Below, piece by piece: positions 13,073-25,730 of a stretch of DNA of 64,000 nucleotides; position 1 is the first letter of the stretch; each line of letters starts with the position of its first letter. Made by a program: the position numbers and the translations under genes. The DNA is from Octopus sinensis (Eukaryota): assembly GCF_006345805.1 (NCBI RefSeq), contig NC_042998.1, positions 99,014,001 through 99,078,000 on the forward strand, in the 5' to 3' direction. The notes beneath the pieces were generated by a model. That model did not search any database. It was not told the DNA's origin and saw nothing but the letters and a program-made list of their open reading frames with translations.

Positions 13073-14418
13073 CACACACACACACACATATATATGAGAG
13101 AGAGAGAAAGGGGATATTAAACTGATCATATCATTTAAGGTAATAAAATTTTGTTATTATAAACTAATTGGGTTATCAGTAGTCAATTTTGCTTTAAAAT
13201 TAAGAGAAATGTTTTTTTGGTGACATTGTGATGAAAGATATTTGTTTTGGTGTCTGATAAATTCATTGCTTGTCATTTCATCATCAGGTAATTATCTCAC
13301 AAGCTAATACATCATCAATGCATTCATTATAATGCATTTTATCCACTCAGTATATAAATCTGTGAACATTGTTTAAATTTATGAATTTACCAATATGTTG
13401 GCTCACTTTGTTACAATTACCTTGCAAGGAAATGTCAGGTAATGTTGTCCCTCACAATGTATTTACAACAAACTATGTTTTTACATGGTAATATGTAGAA
13501 TACTTTACGGCAGTGAGGTGAAATGCTTAGTGACAGTTCATCTGTCTTTATGCTCTGGGTTCAAATACTGCCAGGGTCAACTTTGCCCTTTCATCCTTTT
13601 GAGGTCAATTAAAGTACCATTTAAACACTGGGATCGATGTAATTGATGTACCCCTCCCAAATTACTGGCCTTGTGCTAAAATTTAAAGCCACTATGTAGA
13701 ATACTTTATTCATTTTGATAAGCCCTCAGTTTAAACTTCGTCATATGTATATTATAATTAAAACATATTATACAAGAAAGTACTTGAGTTTTCCAGACAT
13801 CCAATACTTTATTCTGAATGTAAAAACCTTTGATTTATCTTAAATCTTTATCACTCTAGAGTAGTAACATTTGTTGTTGGAAATAAACATGCAAGAGGGT
13901 GTAGTCAAAATTTTAAATACATATTTGGCATGTTGAGTCATCTCTCTATTGATTATATTCTGTGCTATATATCAGCTCAGCCGGAACAAAATGTAAGTAA
14001 ACAATAACAATATATCTATAGATTGACGTGAATGAGATATAGTGTTAGTGAAGAAACAAATATCAGATTACCAATTTGCATATAGCTAGAAGAAAACTAG
14101 TGTCTCAAAATTTGCCAAAGGTTGGTTGGGCAACCCTAACAACATTAAACACTCACTAGGAAATCATAAGTTTCCAAAAAATTTCCAATTTAGGTCCTTC
14201 CAATATGATCTGCAGTCCTTTGATTCTGATAACAGATATTGCTTAAAATGGTAGCTTATATTTGGTATTATTTCAGGTGATAGCTTATCTAAGCCTTTAG
14301 CATTTAAACCAGTGATATCAGGCCCAAACATTCTACCTCTTTTATATTCAAATGGGCCAGATCTGATCTCTCACACTTACAGCACAATGTTGAGCCATAA
14401 TTACTTCAAAACAATGTG

Positions 14419-14785
14419 AACAAGAGCACTCAGAAAGCATAGACTTCTGCCAAGGTAACACCAATGTCCTCTCAGTGATTAGCTGGAGATGTTTTTTAAA
14501 ATGGGGGTATCTGAAATAAACTCGACTGCTCTCACAAACGAGAATATTAAAAATGAACCTGACCGCTCAAAAATTAAGTAAAATAACTGGAAAAATAATC
14601 CAGAATCCTTGTCCAGTACCAGATCAATCCCAAAATCTAATCAGTTCATGCCAGTCATGAGGCCAAACCTCCCTGAAAGTTTCATCAGAATCCATCCGGC
14701 AGTTCTTAAGAATATCTTGTCCACGGACAAACAAACAAATGCAACTGAAAACAATACCTCTGCCTTCGCTAAGGTGGAAGTAATA
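14419..14785 (+). mobile_element. Non-autonomous Helentron-type (DINE-1/HINE-like) element
   Basis: 5' aacaagagcactcagaaagcatagacttctgccaagg; 3' acaaacaaac microsatellite-like tract followed by hairpin tacctctgcctt-cgct-aaggtggaagta (14755-14782). This arrangement is typical of Helentron-associated short elements. Confidence 0.65.
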
Positions 14786-15934
14786 AATAAGCATTGTAAT
14801 TGACAGAACAATTTGATTGCTAAAGGACTAAGCAAAAATTTTCCAGACTTCATAAGCAGATATTGGCTTGTCTATATCTTTTCTACTACAGCTTTATTGT
14901 TACTCAAGATAGGTCTATTTGAAGCCAAGTACCGTTTGAACGGCTTTAAATTGCAAACTAATCAATATACATTTCTCGTTAAATGGAACAAGTAAAAAAA
15001 AATTAGCATATTTACCAACACTTGGAATTAAAACCTAAATGCTATTGCTTAGATGTGGCAGGGACCTCCATCATTGTACAATGAAGATTTAGTTGTTCAA
15101 TCGACTGAAATACCTGCTCTTGAATTAATGTTAAATATCTGAACATTCCACAGGCACAGATGGCTTTTACCACATCTCAGACAGAATCAGCATAACACAA
15201 TGTGTGACAAGACTGTATCTTTTGAATTACGTATATAATTCATCCAAAGGGCTTTTCCAACTGCTTTCATTCACAAGGAACAGGCTGGAGTCATATAAAA
15301 AAAATGACATTAAATCAATTTGTCATACAGTGGAATTGAACTGGAGGCCTCATTGTTGTTAAGCAAACTTAACCATTCAGCCATCCTATATGTATATATT
15401 TCTTCTTAAACGTTGAGAACATAATACATGAATATAACTGCCATTCACAAGTAAATTAGACCTAATCTCTCACTATCAAATCTGGCTAAACCCATTTTTG
15501 TATGTCACATTATACCAAAAGGTGAATATACCATACATAGAAGTATAAACCTAAATGTTGTTATTGACTTACATTGTGGGTGTGATTTGACACCAACAGG
15601 TATGGAAAGATTGTTCGGAATTTTTTCATATTTTCAAAAGAATTATTTAACTACAGTGAGTATGCCAATTGATACGTTCAATATAAAATATTACAAGTAT
15701 TATAAAGAGAATAACTATTTCTGAACTGAATGGATGACTTAGGTTCACTTTCTATTTCTCTTTCAATCACTTACACTAATACCATTTCTGAATGATGAAA
15801 AAAAAAAATTCTACATTTTCAGTCTTCTTTAAATATGGCTCATTTCACCTAACTGAAAAATATTAAAGAAATAAGGGCTGTTAAGTGGGAAAACAGTTTT
15901 TGTATGTGGAATAAACACCAAAAATGTACATAAA

Positions 15935-16920
15935 AATAGACTACATTGAATGCCAGCGGGGTATGCTAGAGGTAGTTGATAGCTTCCATTATCTAGGTGA
16001 CCAAGTTAGTAGCAGAGGTGAATGCTCCAATAGCATAGCTGCAACAATAAGAATAGGCTGGGCAAAGTTTAGAGATCTACCTCAGTTGGCAACTAAGGGC
16101 CTCTCCCTCAGAGTGAAAGGTATACTGTATGATACTTGTGTGTGAACAGCTATGCTACATGGCATTAAAACATCGACTGTGACCACCAAGGACATGCAAT
16201 ATGTTTGAAAGAAATGAAGCTAGCATGCATCACTGGATGTGCAATGTCAGTGTGCATGTATGACAGAATGTGTCTTGAGAAAAAAAGTTGACCATAAGAG
16301 GTATCAAAGAGATGTACAAGAGAGAGGACTGTGCTAGTATGTTTATGTGATGTGTATGAATGAGGACAGCTGTGTAAAGAAGTGCCGATCTCTAATTGTG
16401 AAGGGAACCTGTAGAAGAGGTAGACCCAGGATGACATGGGATGAGGTGGTGAAGCATGATCTTCAAACGTTTGGTTTCATGGAGGCAATGTCAAGTGACC
16501 GAGACCTTTGGCAATATGCCATGCTTGAAAAGACCTGTCAAGTGAAGTGAAATTGTCATGGATGATGCCAGTGTCATGTAACTGGTACATAAAAAGCACC
16601 TTTCGCACATTGGTCCTTATGGAAGCAATGTAGCCAATGTTGGTGTTGTATAACTGGCACCCATGTTAGTGGCACATAAAAAGCACTTTTCAAGCTTTGG
16701 GCTTCACAGAGGCAATGACAAATGGCTGAGACCTTTGGCAATATGCTGCGCTTGAGCAGAAGACCCATCAAGCCAAATAAAATTGTAGTCAAGACAGATG
16801 GTGTCATGCAACTGGTACATAAAAGCATCCAGCAGTAGAAATCATGGAGTCTAGTGCAGCCAACCGTGGTCAAACTGTCCAACCCATACCATCATGGACA
16901 ATAGACATTAAATGATGTTG
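15935..16920 (+). mobile_element. 5'-truncated RTE LINE (ORF2 C-terminus plus 3' tail), degenerate
   Basis: LEVVDSFHYLGDQVS...IRIGWAKFRDL...KGLSLRVKGILYDTCV and GTCRRGRPRMTWDEVVKHDL in the ORF track; tail ends ccaacccataccatcatggacaatagacattaaatgatg. Confidence 0.92.
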
Positions 16921-17344
16921 GTGAAGTTGCTGCTAAAAGTTTTTCTTTTATTTTTATGTCACATTTTGCTGAGTAAATAGCATTGTTGGCTGCAGGTTTC
17001 CAACTGGCCATTCACTGGCTTCATTGCATTTCTGATGACAATGGCAACAAGAGTTTGTTTAAGCAACTTGGGAGAAACAAATACCACTTGGACTGTTTAT
17101 ATTTAAAAGCATCAGTTTTCTTGCTGGTATATAATAGCAAAAGATGTGTGTGTGTATGTGTGTATTTATATGTATATGTCAGCCTTTCATAGTTTCCGTC
17201 TTCCAAATTCTCCTCAGAGGGCATTGTTCAGTTCAAAGCTATAGTAGAAGGCATGCTTAAGACATTGTGCAATGGAATCAAACCAAAAACTATGCAGTTG
17301 CAAAACAAGCTTCTTAATAACATAGCTACATTGTAATATCTTTT

Positions 17345-17715
17345 CTCTTTTACTTGTTTCAGTCATTGGATTGTAGACATGTTGAAGCACTGCCTCAAAG
17401 GATTTCTAGTTGAACTATTCAACCCCAGTATGTTTTTCAGTGTATTCTTTTAGGCAAACTGCTCAGTTAAAGGGACATTGACAAACACAGACACAAAGAG
17501 ACACACCACCTAGATATTCACATGTGTGTATATGTATTATATACATGTCTGTGTGTATGTATAACAGGCTTCCAAACAGTTTTCATTTACCAAATTCACT
17601 TACAAGGCATTGGTCTGCCAGTGGATCTAGTAGAAAACCCCCTAAGTGTTGTGCTCTGGGACTGAAGACATAACCAGATGGTTGCAGAATGAGCTTCCTA
17701 ACCACTCAACTATGC
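17345..17715 (-). mobile_element. tRNA-derived SINE (family B), old copy
   Basis: tttacttgtttcagtcattgga...ccaaattcacttacaaggc...gggactgaa; diverged match to 18716-19110. Confidence 0.7.
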
Positions 17716-18715
17716 CTGCCCCTATGAGCTATAGACTAAATGTGTTTTTTTTTTGTTTTTTTTTTAAGGTAGTATATGACATGAAGTTGAAACATTACAG
17801 ATTATTTACTTAAAAATCATTTTAGTCCAGCTGTGACTGATAGTCAAAATCAGTCTTGCACTGGCAGACACTTTGTGTCTGGTTACAATAAATCTACCTA
17901 AAGCGAGTTTGCTTTTTATAAACAAATGGTTTAATAGCTATTCTTTAGCTACACAAAGATATTACCAAAATAGTAATTTGGTGAACAAATAGGTTATAAA
18001 AATGACCTTCAAAACTAGCCTTAACTTCTTCCAGTTTTAACATGTTTCAGGTTGTGAAAATCTTTATAGACATTCTTTAAATTCATTTCTATCATACTAT
18101 ATACATAAAATCTTGTCCCATTCACATGTATAGTAACTGACAGAGCCTACAGTTTGTTTTCACTAAATAATTTATTAAAATATCAAAGTTGAAATCTCTT
18201 TTATAACTATTGTTCTGCTTTATCCTTTTGATTTAACATTTTCTTATAGTGTTCATTATAAATTCAGTCAACATCTTTGGATCTAAGAAGTTATGTCTTT
18301 ATTTCATCTTAGATCATGTGATTAGCACTGGAAATAGTATATTTATTAAGAATACCTGTTAAGGGTTCTCATAATAAATTGTGACTCATTGCTAAATATG
18401 TAGATCAGTTCTGGTATTCTCTCTCTCTCTCTCAACTCTTCTGGAAATAGTGAAACAATAATACCAAAATATTGTTGGTGTAATTTGTGTTAATGATCTC
18501 GTTCTATTTTGGTGAACAATATTAGATATATAAACTTTAGTCTGTTCCCTGCCAACTGTATCTTTACATGCTTTTCAAGTATTATCAAATCAATTATAGA
18601 AAAGGTTGTCCATTATAATTTCAACATTTTCTTCTGTGCAGCAAAACTTAATACTCAGTGGCACTGTGATGAGTTTTAATTTCAAGTGATCTAGTTTACC
18701 CAGGTAGTACTCTCT

Positions 18716-19110
18716 CTTTTACTTGTTTCAGTCATTTGACTGTGGCCATGCTGGAGCACCGCCTTTAGTTGAATGAATCGATCCCAGGATTTATTCTTTG
18801 TAAGTCTAGTACTTATTCAATTGGTCTCTTTTGCTTTTGCCGAACCGCTAAGTTACGGGGACATAAACACACCAGCATCGGTTGTCAAGCGATGTTGGGG
18901 GGACAAATACAGACACACAAACATATATACACACACATACATACACATATATATATATATACATACATATATATGATGGGCTTCTTTCAGTTTCCGTCTA
19001 CCAAATCTACTCACAAGGCTTTGGTCGGCACGAGGTTATAGTAGAAGACATTTGCCCAATGTGCCACGCAGTGGGACTGAACCTGGAACCATGTAGTTAA
19101 TAAGCAGGTA
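18716..19110 (-). mobile_element. tRNA-derived SINE (family B) with CA/TA microsatellite core
   Basis: ttttacttgtttcagtcatttgactgtggccatgctggagcaccgcc...gcagtgggactgaacctggaaccatg; the minus strand carries a B-box-like ggttcagtccc. Near-identical copies at 22555 and 57015. Confidence 0.88.
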
Positions 19111-19560
19111 GCTGTAAATCTTCAAATTATCAGCTCTCATTTTTATTGAATTAGGTGGATTTTCTAACTGAAGTGGAAATCAATTTGGCTTTACTGCAGA
19201 GAGTAAAAAATTTTGATACCATGTTCAAAGGCAGTTACATATTATATATTTATAAGAAAATGATTGAGTGGGGAGCATAGTTTCCAACAATGTCTGCAAC
19301 ATGAAATACAAATAGTGATGATGTAACACAGAAGACATTTTAGTATATGAATACTAGCACTAGGTACATTTTAAGGGATGTTAGCCCTTTGGTGATCCAA
19401 ACCATTTTCATAAGTTTGTCTTAAATGTTCATGCTTGTTTCCAAACTTTTAGTTGGTCTTTGTTTCATATGTTCTGAGGAATTTAAGGTTTATAATATCT
19501 GTGGAGTATCTCCTCCCATTATAATTTTTTCTGTAGCTTCAAGGAGCTGGAATGGGTCGC

Positions 19561-20579
19561 TGATTTGTGACGTCCGTGCGAAACGAAGTGATGAGAATGA
19601 CTCCTTAGTACATCACACGGTCAATACAATAAATATAAATAGAACAATGCATATATGTGCCAGAGGGAAATAAGGGACACAACCGGGAAGAATGTTTTAG
19701 AGAAGATTTATTGATATGTTAACATGTGTGATTGTGTGTGCGTCATATATACAGAATAATAGACAGGCCATCATAAGAATAAGATGTATGTGTGTGTATG
19801 TAAGCATTAGACGTATGCATGTCGAGAACATATAAGGATGGTGATGATGAAGAGATGGTGAAAGAGTCTGTAGCCATCGAAGTAAGGAGTAAGTTCATAG
19901 ACACAAGAATCATAAATACCAGTTCGTACATGATAGTTGAAATACCGTATCAAGAAGTTGCAGCAATGATGCAGTACCTGTTGTATGTGAAGTTGTGGCT
20001 GTAATACTGCTGCCTGGGTCACTTGGTACAGGAGTTCTTGCAGGTTGTACATTTGCTGTTGATCCATGGTGAAATAATTCACGAACAGTGCAGTGTTGTA
20101 ACCAGTGTGAGTACATAGAGAGATGTTGACATTAGGACGAATGGTGGTGACAGAGATGGAGGTCACTGAATGCTGTTGGATGAAATTGGTGAGTTTCCAT
20201 GTGGCTGCTGTTGTGTTGTCACTGGAACAGGCTGTGTCTTGTGTGGTCAGTGGTTAGACCTTAGAAGGTCTGGAACCGAAAGACATTGAGACAATGAGAA
20301 GCTGGAGTTTTATAAGAAGTTGTAGGCGCAAAGCTGGGTAGAAAACAGGCTGTCACATATGACCTTATTTGAAGGCTGCAATTGGTTGGGTTGCATGTTG
20401 GTGCATGATAGAGCAAGAGACAAATTGCACCAATACCAACCAATCAGAGTAGTGGACACAACAGAGTCCAAAATGCAGCCAAAGGCTAGCTGTTATCTAC
20501 TACTTTCGTATTTATGTATATATATAATAGAGAGGGGAGGAATTTCCCTCAAGTGTACACTGCAGATAGCCCCTCACCA
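19561..20579 (-). mobile_element. LTR-like element A, copy 1 (~1 kb, TG...CA), with internal Pol II promoter and small ORFs
   Basis: Begins tg and ends ca. Minus strand has CCAAT motifs (~20380, ~20440), TATA cttataaaa (20308-20316) and AATAAA (19707-19712). Alignable along its length with 29042-30013. The TSD is at best degenerate (gtcgc/gtcat). Confidence 0.6.
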
Positions 20580-20842
20580 GTCATTTTGTGGGATACAAAA
20601 TTGATAAAAGGAAGATATTCTGTAGTGAAGAGGTAAAATTAGAATGGTTGGTCATTAGAGTAAAATGAAAGCTGGCACTGAACTATGGAAAGAAATGTGT
20701 GTTCTAAGCCGGGTGAGCCACTTTGACAATGATAGAAGCTTTCAGCTGCTGAAAATCCTTTTTTTCTTCAGGGTCACCATTTTATAATGGAATTGTAGGC
20801 ATATGATACCTGTGGAGTATCTCCTCCCATTACAATTATTTC

Positions 20843-21265
20843 TGTAGTCTTAAGGATCTAGAATACGAAGAAGTTTACAAGCGGAGTGCAATTCAATAGT
20901 TGTTTATTTTTAGTTCTCGTTCATGTGGCTCGCTCCCAGTGACCATCTTTATGGCAGCACGTGGTTCATTATAGCTCCGTTTACGTGAGGTTCATTACCT
21001 CTGGAGATAACAAGTGAAGTTAGAGCGGGATAAGAGTCCGCTGTGAGCTGCCAGCTTCATAGTGTTTCTCAGCATAAGCGAGAAGGAAGAAAGAGAAAGA
21101 ATGTCTTAATTCTCCTGCTTAAATAGTCATTGCCAACAAGAGTCTTGCTGTCATCTTGCACATGGCAAATGGTTGCAGGCAAGATCTTGCTCCTGTCTCG
21201 GACATGGTAATGTCTACCGGCGAGATCTCATACAAAATGGCTCTGGTTTCTTGTACCTCGCTACA
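20843..21265 (-). mobile_element. Solo LTR B (423 bp)
   Basis: Terminal inverted TGTAG...CTACA. Minus strand has TATA-like tatttaagc (~21120) upstream of AATAAA (20903-20908). No matching TSD. Confidence 0.6.
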
Positions 21266-22554
21266 AATATAAAGCTTTCCTTTCATAAGTTGCAAATTAT
21301 TCTAATAGTTGAAAAAAAAAAGGTAATGTGTATCATATTTGGTGCAAGGATATTTGGAAAATACATTGTGTATGTCACATAATACACAAGACAGGCAAAG
21401 GGTTAAAATTACCTTAATGCACTTTTAAAAGAATTTTTATTATCAAAACTTTCACTGACTGGAACTATTTTACAACAGTAAATGACGCTATTATGAAACT
21501 ATTTGCTTTATTGGTGTCAGTGAAATGGTTAAATTAATTAACTGAAAAAGTAATCTTCGTAAACCAGAGTTCCATAAACGTAACTGAATTGTAGCATTAA
21601 GAATAATGCTTGCTGTTTGTTGTTTAGTTAATTAGGCCTCTCATTGGTTGATTTTCATGTCATGTCCAGTCTACTCTGACCCAGGAATTGTTCTTGGCAG
21701 GATTTTTTCAAGTGTAGTTGATTAATCTGAAATGCTTTCATTTTAAGATGTTATGGCTAACACTAAGTATTTTTGATGTTATTCATTTATCTGGTTTAAT
21801 TAAAATTTAGACAGTAAATGCTTCTCTTGAATTTCTTTATTGATGAAGTACTTTATGTACAAACTGTTATCAGTCCTATTTTAGAGCTTATTAAAAAATA
21901 AATTTTATTTTATTTTGGTTATAGAAAACCATTTTGAAGTAAATGAATAGCACTTCTGTCTGGAGACTACAGCTAACAGTTTAATTTCTACAGGTTTGGT
22001 ATAGGCCTGTTATATATATAAGTGTATGTCTTGTGCCGGTTTAAAAACAACAGCTAGAAAATTGAAAAAACAGTCTTTCTCTAACTATTAGGTTGAAAAT
22101 AACAAGTTATGATGAATGTATACATGTATGACAAGGTGAAGTTATGAGACGCCATATTAAAATCTTAAACATTTTCTTTAGTTTTTCAAGTTTTTCATTT
22201 ATGTTATTAAATATGTTATCACTTGTGTAATTTTTATCTTTCATGTCTATAATGATCCTGAGCTATTCATTTTCAAAGCATTTCTATTTTTCTCCATCAA
22301 CTGGTATAAAAGTTTGTACCTAATGATTCTTGCATCGCTATTTCAGTAAATAGTCAGGTCTATTCCAACCCATGCTAGCATGGAGAACGGACGCTAAATG
22401 AATGATGATATTCATCATTGATAAGGTCATAAGACTAAAATATGTCTGGAGTTGTCTCCCATTATTGCCAAATTAGTTTCAGTAATATTGATTTCTCTCA
22501 CTGCAACATTATTTCTAGTTGCATTTTTAATGCTCTCTGCATTAAATATTCTTT

Positions 22555-22880
22555 TATCTGTTTCAATCATTTGACTGCAGCCATGCTGGAGCACTGCCTT
22601 TAGTCAAACAAATCGATCCCATGACTTATTCTTTGTAAGCCTAGTACTTATTCTATCAGTCTCTTTTGCTGAACCGCTAAGATGTAAACACACCAGCATC
22701 GGTTGTCAAGCGATGTTGGGGGGACAAATACAGACATACACACACATATATGACAGGCTTCTTTCAGTTACCATCTACCAAATCCACTCACAAGGCTTTG
22801 GTCAGCTTGAGGCTATAGTAGAAGACACTTGCCGAAGGTGCCACACAGTGGGACTGAACCCAGAACTATGTGGTTGCCTT
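22555..22880 (-). mobile_element. tRNA-derived SINE (family B)
   Basis: High similarity to 18716-19110 and 57015-57390. Confidence 0.85.
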
Positions 22881-24554
22881 AATTATTTGGAAAGTATTGA
22901 TTACATATTAGTTTCAATTAAAATATTTTATTAACAAAGCTATCTTATGTATTCTCATTCACAAACCATGTAGCTGTTATTTGATTTTTTGTGTTTCTAT
23001 CAAGATTAAGAAGAAAAAAAGAAAGAAAACATTGTTAACTCCCGAGTTTGTGTTATGTATTGAAGTCAATGTGAAATTTTGTGACTTCTTAATATCACTC
23101 ATTCTGCATTTACATTTCATGCTGATATAGATTGGCCATGTCATTATATCTGAGTCATCTGATGTTTTTGGCATGGTTCTATTGCTGGATGTTCTTACTT
23201 ACACTAACTACCTTACAGAGTATACTAGATACATTTTATTATGGCAGCAGCACCAGAGAGATCATCGTGTCTACATTAAGTTTAAATGGTCCTCTAAGTT
23301 CATGTTGTCTCCCTGTTTTCTGACCAGTTTATAGTAGACTGAGTACATTTTATCATGGTATCAGCACTAGGGACTTGTGCCCAGCAATACTAAAATATCC
23401 TTACTACTCTGCATTGTCTCCTTATTTCAGGGCAGCATGATCAAAATGATGAATAAAAAGGAGAATGATGATAAGAGATAAACTAGGGTGAAAAGGTAAA
23501 GAAAATATTAAAAAATATGATGGGAGACGCTGACTGGGTGAGAGGGAGTTAGGAGAGAGAGTGAGAAGAAACAGTAATAGTAGCTACATGTTTGTTGATG
23601 AGTGAAGTGTGGTGGTAGAGATTGGTAAATATAAGAGTATGAACATGATGTGTGTGTGTAAATAGAATTATAAGCCTTCATCATATATTGACTGTAGACA
23701 ATAGTCTAATATTAGGGAATATAAATCTCCATAACGGATGACAATGTACATTAGTACCCATATTAATGCACATTTTTTTATTCTATTGTAGGGTCTTATA
23801 TGCTCTGAATTACACTATTTTATTTTGTCAATATATGGTGAAGACTTATAATTCTATTGATGACAGCATAAGAACCATCTAAAGTACATTGTAATTTTGT
23901 TGATTAATCCTCCAAACATCTCTCACTTTATAACTACTGTTATAATGAAGTCAGCTTTTGTGAAGAAATAAAGTGAAACTCGAAGTTTGTGTTGATGGTC
24001 ATCACTTACACTAGTCTCTAAATGGCCACTGATCTCTGATGATGACACTAGAAGGGGGCTATTTTAAAATTATGAAGCTGTTACTTGCCTATCTTTTACT
24101 ATCTAATCAGGTGAACAAATATTTTCTTTGACCAGTCACCTGTAATTCACCTGTTCTACTAGTAAGGCTATGTTGAGTGAAATTTTTGGCTGAAGCAAAA
24201 AATTAAATGAAAATTTACTGAATGCTTTTCTTTAAATCAAGACTTTCCTTTTTTTCTATGATCCACACTGGCGGTTACTTTTCTGGTTAGCATCAGATTA
24301 TTTTAGTAATTTTGGGGTGATTCATCAAATTTATTTGTGAAAAAAGTTTTTAAGTTCCAGTATATTCATTCTATTATGAGCATTTCTGAATGCAAAGTAA
24401 ATTTCTGATAAGCTGAGCTCATAACCAACAGTTATTTTTGTCCTAATTTCACTTCCTTCTTTCACAGTTAGCTATTTCTCTCTTCCTTTTAGTCAGTAGT
24501 CATTCTCACCCATTCACAAATCCAGAACCTTGAGTGATTAACTTCATTTATTAA

Positions 24555-24736
24555 CCCCTTTCTAAGGTAAATAAAATATTTACTTAATGGTCATCATTTG
24601 TGAACTGCTTTTTGCTAGATGGCAACTTTGACTTGAGATCACACAATGTTCAAATAACTAAATTCAAGTACTTGATCATTTCTATTACATTAGGACTTGA
24701 TTAACACAAGATGTAAAGTTTGCTATAACAAGGGGG
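24555..24736. mobile_element. piggyBac-like MITE (182 bp)
   Basis: TTAA (24551-24554) cccctt ... aagggg(g) TTAA (24737-24740): TTAA on both sides plus CCC/GGG termini. Confidence 0.65.
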
Positions 24737-24949
24737 TTAAGCTTCATAGGAAATGCAAGCAGTTCATAACCTTGATATTTTTGTTAATAAAAGATTTTGC
24801 ATGAGTAGGATAACCTTTAATCAAATACTCAACTTACTGAAATAATAGGTCTGTTGTCTAAAACATAGATAGACAAAGAATTCATTTAATAATGGTGGGT
24901 GGGAAGCGATGCCACCCTTCCTGCGCATATGTGAAAATTTTTGTGTTTG

Positions 24950-25730
24950 TAGACCACATCAGTTCCCAGCAGTTATGCCTGAAGTACAGACATGTAATGC
25001 ATGCTTGTCAGATTTTTTCTTTTCATGCAAGATGACTGCATGAATCAAGCAGAGGCCATAAACCCATATCTCATCACCAGTAATGAGGACCTTCATGATG
25101 TCTGGGTTGTGGTTTGCACATTCCAGTATGTCCTGAGTGATTTCCATTCTTCTACTATTCTCCAACACCTTGGGGGAAAATTTTGCTGATACTCTCCACA
25201 TGCGCAAGACCTCTATTAAAATGGAATGCACTGATCCTATGCTTATTCTCACTTCACGAGCAATTTCCTAGATTGCTACATGTCAGTTTTCCATGACTAT
25301 TCACTGAACCTTCTCGATCAACTCCTTGTTTCAGCTTGTGGGTGGCCTACTTGAGCATGCCTCACCCTCTACTGAAGTGTAGCCATGTTTGAAGTGGTTG
25401 TACCACCCCTTGATCTGAGTTTTGTTAATGGCATCATTGCCAAAGGTCTGCTGAATCTTCTGGATAGTTTGAGTGTCACCAAGCTTTTGACAAAACTTGA
25501 TGCAATATCTCTGCTCCGTTTATTCAGTGGAAATGAAAATCTGGCAAGCAAACACTACATGTCTATACTATAGATATAACAACCAGGAACTGATGTGGCC
25601 TACTGGTGCAAAATTTTTCACATGCACACAAAGGGTGACATCACCTCTCACCCAAAGGATTTTTTTCCCATAGAGCATTAGTTTTGGCAGGAAGAAAATA
25701 AAGTCAGATACTTTTTGAATGCATCTTATT
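24950..25730 (-). mobile_element. Mariner (Tc1/mariner) transposase relic, N-terminal half with 5' TIR
   Basis: Minus ORF ISIGSVHSIL..VLRMWRVSAKFSPK...ITGDEIWVY contains the HTH, a VPK-like motif and the first catalytic D (TGDE.W). A TIR-like aaagtcagatactttttgaatgc lies at ~25700-25725. Confidence 0.88.

Noticed and set aside
18769-19100. Three overlapping ORFs with THTYI repeats
   Set aside because: Translations of a SINE microsatellite core; the same peptides recur at 22713 and 57186.
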